A stretch of 63,474 nucleotides of DNA, from IMG/VR virus record IMGVR_UViG_3300031754_000004, positions 1-63,474 of that record; one strand, written 5' to 3'. This stretch comes from a virus (lineage: Duplodnaviria > Caudoviricetes). How positions within the stretch are numbered: the stretch's first letter is position 1; every line of letters starts with the position of its first letter. Under the pieces are notes generated by a model, which worked only from the letters and a program-made list of their open reading frames with translations, did no database searches and was not told where the DNA came from. Positions 1-11,151 of this stretch are shown piece by piece. Both the position numbers and the translations under genes were made by a program.

Positions 1-1085
1 GACACCTGATTCTGAGATGCAAGGCTGTTTGCGCTGGCGTCATACACCCATGTATGCCGGTTAATCACGTCGGCGTAAGGAACGGAAGTAAGCACGATGT
101 TCTCATACGCGCCCATGCAAACCTTGCTTAAATCTTCGTTCAAGAAATACGAGCTTCGTGCGAGCTCACGGTCAATCCGATAAAGCTGCGTGGTAAGCGC
201 CGAAGACTGGGCCGAATCCAATCGAGTCAGACCGATATTCGAGAACCACCAGAGCAGCCCGGAGACGGCCACAATACTCCGGGGGGCAACACAACCGACC
301 GTCGGGAAAATCTCCGCTTGGAAATTGGGTGTAGCGGGCCAGAGTGTCCGGTTCAGAATCGAGGACTGGAACAAGGTCGTGGTCGTCTTGGTGAAGGCGA
401 GCAGATTGGCATTCGTCAAAATTGTGCCGGGGAGCGCGGCTAACCCCGTACAAACATCGGGCAGCGTGAAGTAATTCACACCACCGAGGGTGTTATACGT
501 CTGTTCCGTAAACCCAAGCGGATTGGCGATGTCCGACGCAAACACGAGATTCTTCTGAGCCACCCATAGGCGCGCGCCGGCCCATGCAATATGGGTTCCC
601 TGCGGCGTAACTCCGACGCCCATAATGGCGGTCAACACACGGCCATCAAAATAAGCCGGTGCATTGATGCCGTCCTGCACCATCAACAAATTGCGAGGCG
701 TGATAAGCTGAATCGAGCCGTCCGCATTATTCTGAGCCGATTGTGTAGCTTGTGCAAAATAAATCTGAGTCGCCAGCGGCGACATCGTGGCTCCCTTGAT
801 TTGGGAAAATTTTCGATACGGGTACGGGGATACATAGCCCACACCGTCCACAAAGGCTACGAGCGCCGGCGTGCCGATAATAGGAGTAAAGGTGTAAAGG
901 CCCTGAAGCCGTCCGGGCGGCAGGGAAAAAAGCCAGTCGAATCCGGGCCGAGTCTGCAAGACGCCGCCGCGATTGAGCATGTTGACCGACCAACCGTAAC
1001 AGCCGGGCGGCAACGAACAAATATCCGAAAGAGAGTCCAGCCCCCTGTCGAACTTAGTGTCTCCGTCTTTAACTGCACCAATCAT
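1..1085 (-). CDS. Tail nozzle / head-stabilization protein (P22 gp10 / T7 gp12-like), 3'-truncated by window edge
   Basis: Absent from the ORF track. Hand translation from ATG 1085 (MIGAVKDGDTKFDRGLDS...NMLNRGGVLQTRPGF...GARLWVA...VGCVAPRSIV...HTWVYD) is open for 361 codons to position 1. Beta-rich, GCxxxxSI motif, lies downstream of the adaptor-like gene. Confidence 0.7.
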   Translation of the reverse strand, partial: MIGAVKDGDTKFDRGLDSLSDICSLPPGCYGWSVNMLNRGGVLQTRPGFDWLFSLPPGRLQGLYTFTPIIGTPALVAFVDGVGYVSPYPYRKFSQIKGATMSPLATQIYFAQATQSAQNNADGSIQLITPRNLLMVQDGINAPAYFDGRVLTAIMGVGVTPQGTHIAWAGARLWVAQKNLVFASDIANPLGFTEQTYNTLGGVNYFTLPDVCTGLAALPGTILTNANLLAFTKTTTTLFQSSILNRTLWPATPNFQAEIFPTVGCVAPRSIVAVSGLLWWFSNIGLTRLDSAQSSALTTQLYRIDRELARSSYFLNEDLSKVCMGAYENIVLTSVPYADVINRHTWVYDASANSLASQNQV

Positions 1086-1086
1086 G

Positions 1087-1356
1087 TTACGCGAATTCCT
1101 CCGCCAGTGAATCAAGCGCTGATTCGCTGGACTCCTCCGGCATCTCTGCCGATAGCCAGCGCAATTCCAAAACGGTCGTCCCGTCCGGTAATTTACGTTT
1201 CTGGAAATCCACCATCATCGAACCGGATGCCGGTAATTTATTAAGCACATCCGGGGAAATCCACACCCACGGATATGCGGCTCCCGGATTAGAAACCGTC
1301 CCCAATGGACAAATCAAAAGCTCCGGGTCTTTCTTTTTAAGTTCGAGAGATGTCAT
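1087..1356 (-). CDS. Small hypothetical protein with C-terminal scaffold-like motif (ESALDSLAEE)
   Basis: Tightly packed between neighbours; motif shared with the scaffold protein. Confidence 0.7.
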   Translation of the reverse strand: MTSLELKKKDPELLICPLGTVSNPGAAYPWVWISPDVLNKLPASGSMMVDFQKRKLPDGTTVLELRWLSAEMPEESSESALDSLAEEFA

Positions 1357-1865
1357 TACACCAACACCTTTGCTCCCTTCTTCAAATTATCCTCTACAAA
1401 AAGTGGTTGGAGATTAGTAAAATGGAAACAGACTTTCTGTTGCTCCGGGTCAGCTAGATTAAAGGCGGCGCACGGCGTTTCGTGGTCTATATTCCACACA
1501 CTACCGTAATTATCCCACGACATTTCCGGCTGAAATTGCGCCTCTAAATGGGATTTTAAGCCGGCCAAATCACAGCCCAAAAGTGATAACGTTGACCCTC
1601 GTTTTTTAAGGCCCTTATTGGTAACTGCATTCCATAAACGGTTACGCAAGACCAAACGAAGGCGAAATGCTAGGTCAATTTGACGACGTTTTTTATGATA
1701 ACGCCCGACCGCGGAACTGGTTTTTTTACGATTCGCTTGAAACCAATTCCGAGCAATTTCGTTCACTTTCGCGCGAAAATGAGTCCTTCGGATTCGTTGA
1801 TAACACTTCGGACACAGTTCCCTCGCCGGGGCAGCGATAGTTGGATGATAGATACAGGTTTTCAT
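1356..1865 (-). CDS. HNH homing endonuclease
   Basis: WNIDHETPC...CFHFTNLQPL...NLKKG motif; N-terminal C..H..CxxC zinc finger. Confidence 0.85.
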   Translation of the reverse strand: MKTCIYHPTIAAPARELCPKCYQRIRRTHFRAKVNEIARNWFQANRKKTSSAVGRYHKKRRQIDLAFRLRLVLRNRLWNAVTNKGLKKRGSTLSLLGCDLAGLKSHLEAQFQPEMSWDNYGSVWNIDHETPCAAFNLADPEQQKVCFHFTNLQPLFVEDNLKKGAKVLV

Positions 1866-2836
1866 TCCATGTAGTCATAACTATCTAACAACGGAGCAGA
1901 ATTGAGAACCTGAATCGGGGCAGCCGTTGGAGGATTAGTAGAAAATTGCTTTTCAGTCATCCACCTGACGGCGGTTGCTTCAAACCCTTCCGCGTCCGCT
2001 AATCCGCCCGGTTCATCATATCGTTTTAGAGCGCGAAGCATCATAAGTACTGCCTGCGGACTGTTGACCGGCAAAATATCATATTTAGAGGTAACTTCCC
2101 AAGTTTTGCGCCGATACCGAATCCGAATCCACGGGACGTGTCGGCCTAATTGAATTCGACGGTATAACGGGAGAGTCTCATTCCCTTGATAAACCCCCAA
2201 AAGAGTCCCACCAATGGTAGAAAGACGAATCGGGCCGCCGGTGATTTGTTTCTGCACGGCGGTAATCCGGCTGAACACCGGAAAGGTTAGCGGCTGGGCG
2301 GCGACATTCTGAAAAACTGGAACCTTCCAACCGTCGCGCCATTTTCCGTCGAGAAGCTGGGTGCGGATTCGATTCTCATTCTGGTCGAATCCATAGACCC
2401 AAAATTCACAATTTACATCGCCCGGTTCAATGCAATAAGCGATTAGCGACTCCGCGCAGGAAAGTTCCCGGTAGGTACACGCATTGTTCAAATCCAACCA
2501 TTCGTATCGAATCTCCGGGCCGTATTCCGAACCGCCCCAATAACCCCAGCCGGTCGAGCCGGGGCCGTTCAAATGGAACTGAAAGAATTCATCGCGTCCA
2601 ATAGCTGGATGTCCGCACATATTGGCCGCAAGAATGGTATCCACTTCCGGTGGGAGAGTGATAATACGGCTGGTTGCACAAATATCAAGCGTTCCCAATA
2701 ACGGGTCAAAATCCCCTTTTTGACAGAGTATCTCGGTTGCATCGGTGATTCGGCGGAAAATGAAATGGTCGTGATTATTCCCGACGATTTTCTTCGCCTC
2801 CTCATAGATATGAATTACTCTAGTCTGTGCTTCCAT
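1862..2836 (-). CDS. Putative head-tail adaptor / tail tubular protein A
   Basis: 324 aa, helical termini with beta core, positioned upstream of the nozzle-like gene. Function inferred from synteny. Confidence 0.55.
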   Translation of the reverse strand: MEAQTRVIHIYEEAKKIVGNNHDHFIFRRITDATEILCQKGDFDPLLGTLDICATSRIITLPPEVDTILAANMCGHPAIGRDEFFQFHLNGPGSTGWGYWGGSEYGPEIRYEWLDLNNACTYRELSCAESLIAYCIEPGDVNCEFWVYGFDQNENRIRTQLLDGKWRDGWKVPVFQNVAAQPLTFPVFSRITAVQKQITGGPIRLSTIGGTLLGVYQGNETLPLYRRIQLGRHVPWIRIRYRRKTWEVTSKYDILPVNSPQAVLMMLRALKRYDEPGGLADAEGFEATAVRWMTEKQFSTNPPTAAPIQVLNSAPLLDSYDYME

Positions 2837-2862
2837 AGACTACGAAAGATATAGAACACGCT

Positions 2863-3270
2863 TTAGGGCGTGTGCATTCCTATATTCTGACCGACGTAAG
2901 CGCCGCCGGCGGAATTCCCGCCTTTGGAATTCTTCGCGTCAAGCGCCAAACTGTCCAATGCTTCCTCACCGGAGGGTTCGGCCTTGTCTGATTCTGCACT
3001 GACGATGTGATGAATCTTCAACTCAACGCCGTGGGTCTTGGTCTTGCCATCGGAAGAATTCCGGCTCTCGCGCGCGTGAACGTGGTATTTGACGTGCATC
3101 GTCCCGCTCTCCGGGAGCTTGTGCAAATCTTCAAATTGTTTCCCCTCGCCGGACAGATGCAAAGTCGGATAATGAACGGGCATCTTTTTGGTCGGGGCCC
3201 CGGACGATGATTTGACGGATTCTATTGGTGAAAGGGCCTTTTCACGCCGGCCAAGGTGGATGGTTCTCAT
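2863..3270 (-). CDS. Hypothetical protein with EEALDSLA motif
   Basis: Likely start ATG 3270 (MRTIHLG); motif shared with the scaffold protein. Confidence 0.65.
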   Translation of the reverse strand: MRTIHLGRREKALSPIESVKSSSGAPTKKMPVHYPTLHLSGEGKQFEDLHKLPESGTMHVKYHVHARESRNSSDGKTKTHGVELKIHHIVSAESDKAEPSGEEALDSLALDAKNSKGGNSAGGAYVGQNIGMHTP

Positions 3271-3329
3271 ATCGTGTGTTCCTGTTACTATTATGGTCGG
3301 AAATCCCCAAATAAGCAACCAAACGGCCC

Positions 3330-4378
3330 TTACTGGCTATTCCATCCTTTTCCCCACAAAAGCTCAAGCCGGTCGAAATATCGTTGGTAGCGCGGAGCCA
3401 CTTTTTTAATTGAGAATTGAGCGATGGCGCGCGCGCGAATTCGTTCCGGGTCGAAAAGCTGCCGTTCCCGGATTGCCCGGATAAATTCACCAAGATACCG
3501 GCACCGATTGCCGGTAATTCCTTCCTCCACCGTTTCCACAAACCCCCCGAAATCGGTCGAGATGACCGGGGTGCCGCATAACTGAGCTTCGACCGCCACG
3601 CATCCGAAGGGTTCGAGATACTGGGTCGGACAGAGTACGGCAGATGCTTTCCCAAGAAAAGTTTTCTTGTCCTTATCCGAGAGGACGCCAAGGTATTCGG
3701 CTCCGTGTGTAACCAAGGATTTGTCTCCGTAGCCGGAGACATAAAGTTTCACTCCGGCTTCCTTGGCGGCAAGGCAGGCCACATTCACCCCTTTGTCTGA
3801 CGTGAGCCGGCCAAGATACGCAACATACGGCTCCTTTTTCTGTTGAAATGGATACTCCTCCTCATCGAAGAAGGCCGGTATCACATCATCGAAATACCGC
3901 CCGTACAAATTTTTTTGCTCGCCGTGAATGAAATGACGCCATGCGGAGCTCTCATACACCCGGTATTTGGAAAAAGTGCCGTGGTAGCCAATCGAGTATT
4001 CCACGAAGAAAAGTTCCGGGAAAGCGTCGGCAATGGGTTTCTGCGAAAGGCCACCAATGGAACAAATCAAATCCCTCGGCTGTTTGCGAGCACGAATCTC
4101 TTTAATGGCAGCCACATTAGCCACCATCCACAACGGATGATTCGCCGCAGGACGTGCGGCGAAAAAGGGTGTTATTCCCAGTAAACGAATCTGTTCGGCT
4201 TTGGAAAATAAAGTGACGAGCTCCGCGCAGGGAGCCTCATTTTCTTCACTGGCGTAAAGGGTGACCTCGTGTCCCAGTCCTTTGAGCATCTTGGCAAACC
4301 GACAGGTCATCACACCAAAATTGTCCAGTGCATATTCCTGAGTAGTCTGCACGTTCGGGGGAGCGAGCAAATGGATTC

Positions 4379-4382
<4 letters not shown>
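3330..4382 (-). CDS. Glycosyltransferase, GT-B fold (GT4-like)
   Basis: YLGRLTSDKG, EPFGCVAVEAQLCGTPVI and LKGLGHEV motifs. Confidence 0.92.
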
Positions 4383-6647
<2,265 letters not shown>

Positions 6648-8186
6648 TTAAATCGGAGGAACGACTTCAATTATGATTTGACCGTTACCGCCATTGCCCC
6701 CAATCGAACCATCATAATCGTAACCTTCACCAACACCGCCGCCACCGCCGCCGCCGGGAGTGTTTCCGTCATTTGCCATTGGTGAACCACCAAGGCCCCC
6801 TTGGCCATCTCGCGCGCACGGGCCGCCCTGCAAAGAATATCCCGGATACCCCGCCAAACCTTCAGTGTACCCCGGCGTAGCTGCGCCGCCAGCACCCGGT
6901 TGAGCTCCTATAGTATTCCCGCCACCGCCACCTTGGCCGGGCAAAGCCGAGACCAAAGTAGCAAAAGGCGAGGCAAAACTTGAGGATTCCCCGACTGCAC
7001 CGGGCCCACCGTGAAAGCCGCCATTTCCCCCGGCCCCGATGTTAAGCGTATAAACTGTTCCCGGAACAACGGTCAGATTCAAAGCCAGTGAATAAGCTCC
7101 GCCTCCGCCGCCTTGCCCGTTGCCGATACCATCTGCGCTGGAAGTGGCTCCGCCGCCTCCCCCACCACCGGCTCCATAACAACGAATGTTCACCAAGGTA
7201 ACACCTGCCGGACAAACCCAGCTATTCGCTCCGGGCTGATTAAACGTCCAGAATTGGTCGGGTTGATTTCCTTGAGCCCCAGTCGGCCCCTGTTGCCCGC
7301 TCGGAAGTAAAAGGCCCCCGGAAGTAATCGTTGTTCCTGCCGGCGCATTGCCGGGAAATAACTGACCGGGCGTGTACGGAAAAAGATTCTCCAAGGTCAG
7401 GGTAATCGCACCAGAATTGAGGGCTTCAATTTGATACCAGCCTCCTACGGAATCCCAAACAATTTCTCCCACTTGATAGGGGAGAACGGAATTCATCTGA
7501 ACTACAACAGTCGCTCCAACCGCTGGTTGAATAAAATTCGCCTTGATGGTTGAAAAAGCGGAAAGCCCGGCTGCGCCCGTTGGCCCCGTGGGGCCGGCTG
7601 GGCCCGCGGGGCCCGTCGGGCCTTGGGGGCCAGTATTCGGCGGAGCGCCCGAAGGTAAAATTTTGGTTCCGACCGGAATATCCGCACCGGCTCCGAGATT
7701 GAACGGAGGCCCGTAGGCATTCTGCACCGTAATCGTCATGTAGTCCGGGTCAATCGCCGTAATGACGTAAAATCCGCCTGTGCTACCCCAAACAAATTCC
7801 CCGACTGCGTAGCACTCGATGGTATCCATGAAAAGAGTAACGGTGCTGAGGAGCGGCGGCTGGGTAGCATCGGCTGTAGTTATTCCGAACGCATTTTGAC
7901 CAGCCAAACCTTGAACCTGCGCCGAAAGAATGCGCGCGAAATAGCAGGCTAAACCTTCATCAGCAATTCGAGGATACCCCGGAATTCCGGCATCAAGATT
8001 ACAAGGAAGTTGCCACGTCCATTTTCCACAACTTTCGGTAACGGTCAACGTGCCGAAAAAAGCTTGGATGAAATTGGCAATGACTGAGGGTAGCGGTTCG
8101 ACCTGCTGACAGGAGCCGCTGGGGCCGGGCCGGCGGTCGCGGTCATGGTCGCAACAACCGAGAAATTGTTCTTCAGAATTACCCAT
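6648..8186 (-). CDS. Fibre protein: Cys-rich N-terminus, two homologous globular repeats, short collagen linkers, C-terminal glycine-rich domain
   Basis: Repeats NAFGITTADATQP...VGEFVW..GGFYVI..LPSG and SAFSTIKANFIQP...VGEIVW..GGWYQI..LPSG; WVCPAGVT...GAGGGGGG...GNGGNGQIII. Confidence 0.82.
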   Translation of the reverse strand: MGNSEEQFLGCCDHDRDRRPGPSGSCQQVEPLPSVIANFIQAFFGTLTVTESCGKWTWQLPCNLDAGIPGYPRIADEGLACYFARILSAQVQGLAGQNAFGITTADATQPPLLSTVTLFMDTIECYAVGEFVWGSTGGFYVITAIDPDYMTITVQNAYGPPFNLGAGADIPVGTKILPSGAPPNTGPQGPTGPAGPAGPTGPTGAAGLSAFSTIKANFIQPAVGATVVVQMNSVLPYQVGEIVWDSVGGWYQIEALNSGAITLTLENLFPYTPGQLFPGNAPAGTTITSGGLLLPSGQQGPTGAQGNQPDQFWTFNQPGANSWVCPAGVTLVNIRCYGAGGGGGGGATSSADGIGNGQGGGGGAYSLALNLTVVPGTVYTLNIGAGGNGGFHGGPGAVGESSSFASPFATLVSALPGQGGGGGNTIGAQPGAGGAATPGYTEGLAGYPGYSLQGGPCARDGQGGLGGSPMANDGNTPGGGGGGGVGEGYDYDGSIGGNGGNGQIIIEVVPPI

Positions 8187-8187
8187 A

Positions 8188-8448
8188 TTATAGTCTCCAA
8201 AATTGACGGGGCCTGCTGCGCGCGCAGGACGGAGTAGGGCCCGGCGCTCCGACTGTGGCTGAAATTCCTGCGGCGTTCAAACTGGCTGCGACAGCCGTGG
8301 CCGAAACCTCCGGCGGCGGAGTATTTCCCCGAAAGCCAAACGGATAGTGCGGATACCCGCACGGAAAGACGTAGCCGAACGTGAACGGACTGCTGCAAAT
8401 CCCCCGGCGCGCGCCGGTTCTCGGACAAGGATTGACGTTGACAGTGGC
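8188..8448 (-). CDS. Small Cys/Pro-rich hypothetical protein
   Basis: Fills the gap between the holin-like gene and the fibre gene; start MATVNVNPCP. Confidence 0.55.
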   Translation of the reverse strand, partial: ATVNVNPCPRTGARRGICSSPFTFGYVFPCGYPHYPFGFRGNTPPPEVSATAVAASLNAAGISATVGAPGPTPSCARSRPRQFWRL

Positions 8449-8452
8449 CATT

Positions 8453-8779
8453 TTATTTTGCCAAAGTGGAAGCCGCAGCATGAACATGGGGAGCCGCCGA
8501 CGGCCACAATTTCGTTATCAGACCGCCAATAACTCCCGAACAAGCGCTGATACCCGTAATAACTTTCCAAGCACCCTTGGATTCAGCACGTTTTTCCTTC
8601 AGAGTTTGAACGCTTTCATAAAGAGGCCGCAGCTTATCAAACGTCGGCAGCGTTGCTAGTTGCACTTTGATGTCCGAAACCCCCGTAAGAATTGTTTTCA
8701 CGTCGCCACGCATATCCTGAAGTTCCTTGACCTGTTCATGGAGAACAGCAACTTGAACACCTAGAGATTGATTTGGCAT
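8453..8779 (-). CDS. Holin-like membrane protein (coiled coil plus C-terminal TM segment, XhlA-like layout)
   Basis: Start ATG 8779; coiled coil followed by KGAWKVITGISACSGVIGGLITKLW. Confidence 0.55.
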   Translation of the reverse strand: MPNQSLGVQVAVLHEQVKELQDMRGDVKTILTGVSDIKVQLATLPTFDKLRPLYESVQTLKEKRAESKGAWKVITGISACSGVIGGLITKLWPSAAPHVHAAASTLAK

Positions 8780-8783
8780 AAAA

Positions 8784-9104
8784 TTAGGGGGCTCCGTTTG
8801 GATATTTAGCAGCCAATTTTCGCAGCATATCGTTGTCAATATCGCCAATCGTAAAAACGCCGTAGTATTGGGCAAGGATTCGCAGCCAATCCCATGCTGT
8901 GTATCCCGGATGGACTTCCTTGTTCCCTGTGACTCGTACAGCCCACAGCCGGAACAATTCCGGGTCGTTGTAGTCGGCGCTCACCATTTTCGGCGAACCG
9001 GCCAAGATGTAGAGCAAGTCATGCCACATCATTCCGGTTCGGAACTTCGAGCCGACCAGAATCCGCAGGTAATCCCAATTTGTATTTCCGCCGTGAAGCG
9101 ACAT
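8784..9104 (-). CDS. Hypothetical protein with internal G..WD.LRIL repeats
   Basis: Tight packing with neighbours; repeated helical motif. Confidence 0.7.
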   Translation of the reverse strand: MSLHGGNTNWDYLRILVGSKFRTGMMWHDLLYILAGSPKMVSADYNDPELFRLWAVRVTGNKEVHPGYTAWDWLRILAQYYGVFTIGDIDNDMLRKLAAKYPNGAP

Positions 9105-9110
9105 ACAAAT

Positions 9111-9518
9111 TTACAGCGCCATTAACGCCAAGATTAACTGATTGACCGCCCGCATTTGATGAGCCGGCTCTGCCGCTACATCAATCGAAGCATCATAGAT
9201 ACGTTGAAACGCCAACTGCGCTTGGGCAACGGTTGAATGCACCGTAACGCCCAAAAGCGCCGACCCAATGATATTGGCCTGTTGCTGAGTGAAAGCTGGT
9301 ACGTCGGAATCTCCGAGCGCTGCGGCCTGAATTGCATAAAGCACTTTAGCCGCGGTCGCGTAAGAAACCGTCGGTGAAGCAGACCCCAATATCTGAGCAA
9401 AAAATTTCTTCACAGCCGAAACTTGGCTCGTATTGGAACCTGCTTTGTTGTAAACCGCCTCGCGCAATGCGTTGAGGGCGGTGATTGCCTGCCCCTGAGT
9501 TGAAACTGAATGTGCCAT
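9111..9518 (-). CDS. Ala/Gln-rich putative virion protein
   Basis: GAAAGG ribosome-binding site upstream; follows the major capsid gene. Confidence 0.65.
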   Translation of the reverse strand: MAHSVSTQGQAITALNALREAVYNKAGSNTSQVSAVKKFFAQILGSASPTVSYATAAKVLYAIQAAALGDSDVPAFTQQQANIIGSALLGVTVHSTVAQAQLAFQRIYDASIDVAAEPAHQMRAVNQLILALMAL

Positions 9519-9530
9519 AGTTTACCTTTC

Positions 9531-9570
9531 AAAAAATGGGGGTTGCTCGATTTCAGGTCGAACAACCCCC
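9531..9570 (-). terminator. Intrinsic terminator after major capsid gene
   Basis: GGGGGTTGTTCGA-loop-TCGAGCAACCCCC followed by ATTTTTT on the minus strand. Confidence 0.8.
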
Positions 9571-9619
9571 GGCGCTACCCCCTATTTCCCCGCTTGCGCG
9601 AGGAAATCCCTAAGTTAGC

Positions 9620-10933
9620 TTATTGTCCCGTGTTCGGGAGATGTCCCGGCTCAATGCCAGCGGGCGGAGCCGCCGGAGTGAACGCAGGCCCGCTAATCAC
9701 TGAAGCGGTGCTGGACGACAGGGCGACGAGGCCCATATCCGTCTGAGCGCGCTCAAAGATAATCGGGATGATGTGTTGCGGACGCAACGGCTTGTACGCG
9801 CGGGTAATCTGGTACTTATGGAACCCGAAATCGCCCCATGCGTTGTCGTTGTTGTCCTTGACGTAATGCCATTCCAGTTCCCCGCCGTGAAGCTGGGGAG
9901 CGAAACGGAACGTACCCTCGCCGACGTACTGTTCGGGCACCTGCCGTTGGAACGTACCATCCGCGATGAGCACGCCGACTTCATAAGACGCAGCAAGCCA
10001 CGTCTGATTCGGTTCGGCATACGCCGTCAAGTTGGAGGAGTCGGAGACGATAGTGACCGGATTCAGGAAATTCGGTACACCGTTCGTCAACGTGTTGAAC
10101 CGGAGCGGACGCTGCGTCATACCAAAGGCAATGCCGCGATACGCCGGGCTGGATTCAAACGAATACGCCGACACCATGCTTTCGCCGAGCTTGTAATGCC
10201 CGGTCGTCAGAGCAAGAGCCTGACTATTGACACCAGTTTCATTTCGGAAGGCTTCGATAATATCGGAGCCGCCGATGAAACGGAAATGAGGTTGAACCTT
10301 GTCACCTGCCGCGAACATTTCCGCAAACAGGGCTTCCTTCAAATAGCGCGCCCAAGCGTGCAGAGCTTTGAAAGAAAGCTGGGCATTCGGAAGGTCAAGA
10401 CCCGCCCAAGTAATGCCGATGTCGGTTTCAACACCACCGACGGTGATGTTCGCCAAAGGCTGGCCCGCAAAAGCAGTAGCCTTTGTACCGGACTGCAACA
10501 CGAGGTTGGCTTGAATGTCCGCATTGATGTACTGGGTAATCAATTTTCGCAGCGCGTCCTCAGCGGACAGATACGAAGATTTGAATGCACCGAAGCCGTC
10601 CTTGACGGAGACTTTGGGGCCAGTACCGCGTTTTGCCTTCAACTGATAGCTGAAGTCAATCTTGCCGGTACGCTCATTGGTGCCGGAAGTGCCCGCGATT
10701 TGAGTTTGGGGAATGAAAGTCGGCACCGCGAAAGAATCGCCGGGAGCCGCCTGCATTTCTACCGCCGCCACGACGGTATCACCCATTCCACTTTGAAATG
10801 TGCCGCCTTGCAGCACATTGATGTAAGGCGAATTTGCCGCCAAACATTTAGCCACGACGCCGACCAAGCGGTTCGTGTCTTTGACTGCGATTTGGGAAAT
10901 CTCAGCCGGTTCGAGTTGATAATTGTCAGCCAC
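9620..10933 (-). CDS. Major capsid protein
   Basis: 437 aa after portal and scaffold; GGAGG SD with GTG start; own promoter and terminator; Ser/Thr/Pro-rich C-terminal tail. Confidence 0.85.
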   Translation of the reverse strand: MADNYQLEPAEISQIAVKDTNRLVGVVAKCLAANSPYINVLQGGTFQSGMGDTVVAAVEMQAAPGDSFAVPTFIPQTQIAGTSGTNERTGKIDFSYQLKAKRGTGPKVSVKDGFGAFKSSYLSAEDALRKLITQYINADIQANLVLQSGTKATAFAGQPLANITVGGVETDIGITWAGLDLPNAQLSFKALHAWARYLKEALFAEMFAAGDKVQPHFRFIGGSDIIEAFRNETGVNSQALALTTGHYKLGESMVSAYSFESSPAYRGIAFGMTQRPLRFNTLTNGVPNFLNPVTIVSDSSNLTAYAEPNQTWLAASYEVGVLIADGTFQRQVPEQYVGEGTFRFAPQLHGGELEWHYVKDNNDNAWGDFGFHKYQITRAYKPLRPQHIIPIIFERAQTDMGLVALSSSTASVISGPAFTPAAPPAGIEPGHLPNTGQ

Positions 10934-11065
10934 AAAGCCTCCAATGGTTCCGGCAGGTAATCTTAGCCGGTTTTTTGGTTTACTGGTTCCCTCCCGGCCA
11001 CGGAAGAAATAAGGCCCGTCTCGCAGGGAACAACCACGAGGAAGATTTTAGTTCCGGCTGACGGT

Positions 11066-11094
11066 ATTATGGCCTCTCGGAACCTAAAAAGCAA
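11066..11094 (-). promoter_or_regulatory. Sigma70-like promoter for capsid gene
   Basis: TTGCTT-17 nt-CATAAT on the minus strand. Confidence 0.6.
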
Positions 11095-11096
11095 CT

Positions 11097-11124
11097 AAAA
11101 GGCCGCCCCAGTAACGGAGCGGCC
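11097..11124 (-). terminator. Intrinsic terminator after scaffold gene
   Basis: GGCCGCTCC-GTTACT-GGGGCGGCC followed by TTTT. Confidence 0.7.
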
Positions 11125-11151
11125 AAAAACTGCACAGTTTATGTGACAGCG

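Noticed and set aside
591-1244. Plus-strand ORFs over the structural region (also 5968-6531, 9773-10960, 13477-14355, 15320-16198)
   Set aside because: Antisense shadows of well-supported minus-strand genes.
9566-9581. 16-bp CCCCCGGCGCTACCCC matching 61271-61286 in inverse orientation
   Set aside because: A single GC-rich 16-mer match is expected by chance at this genome size.
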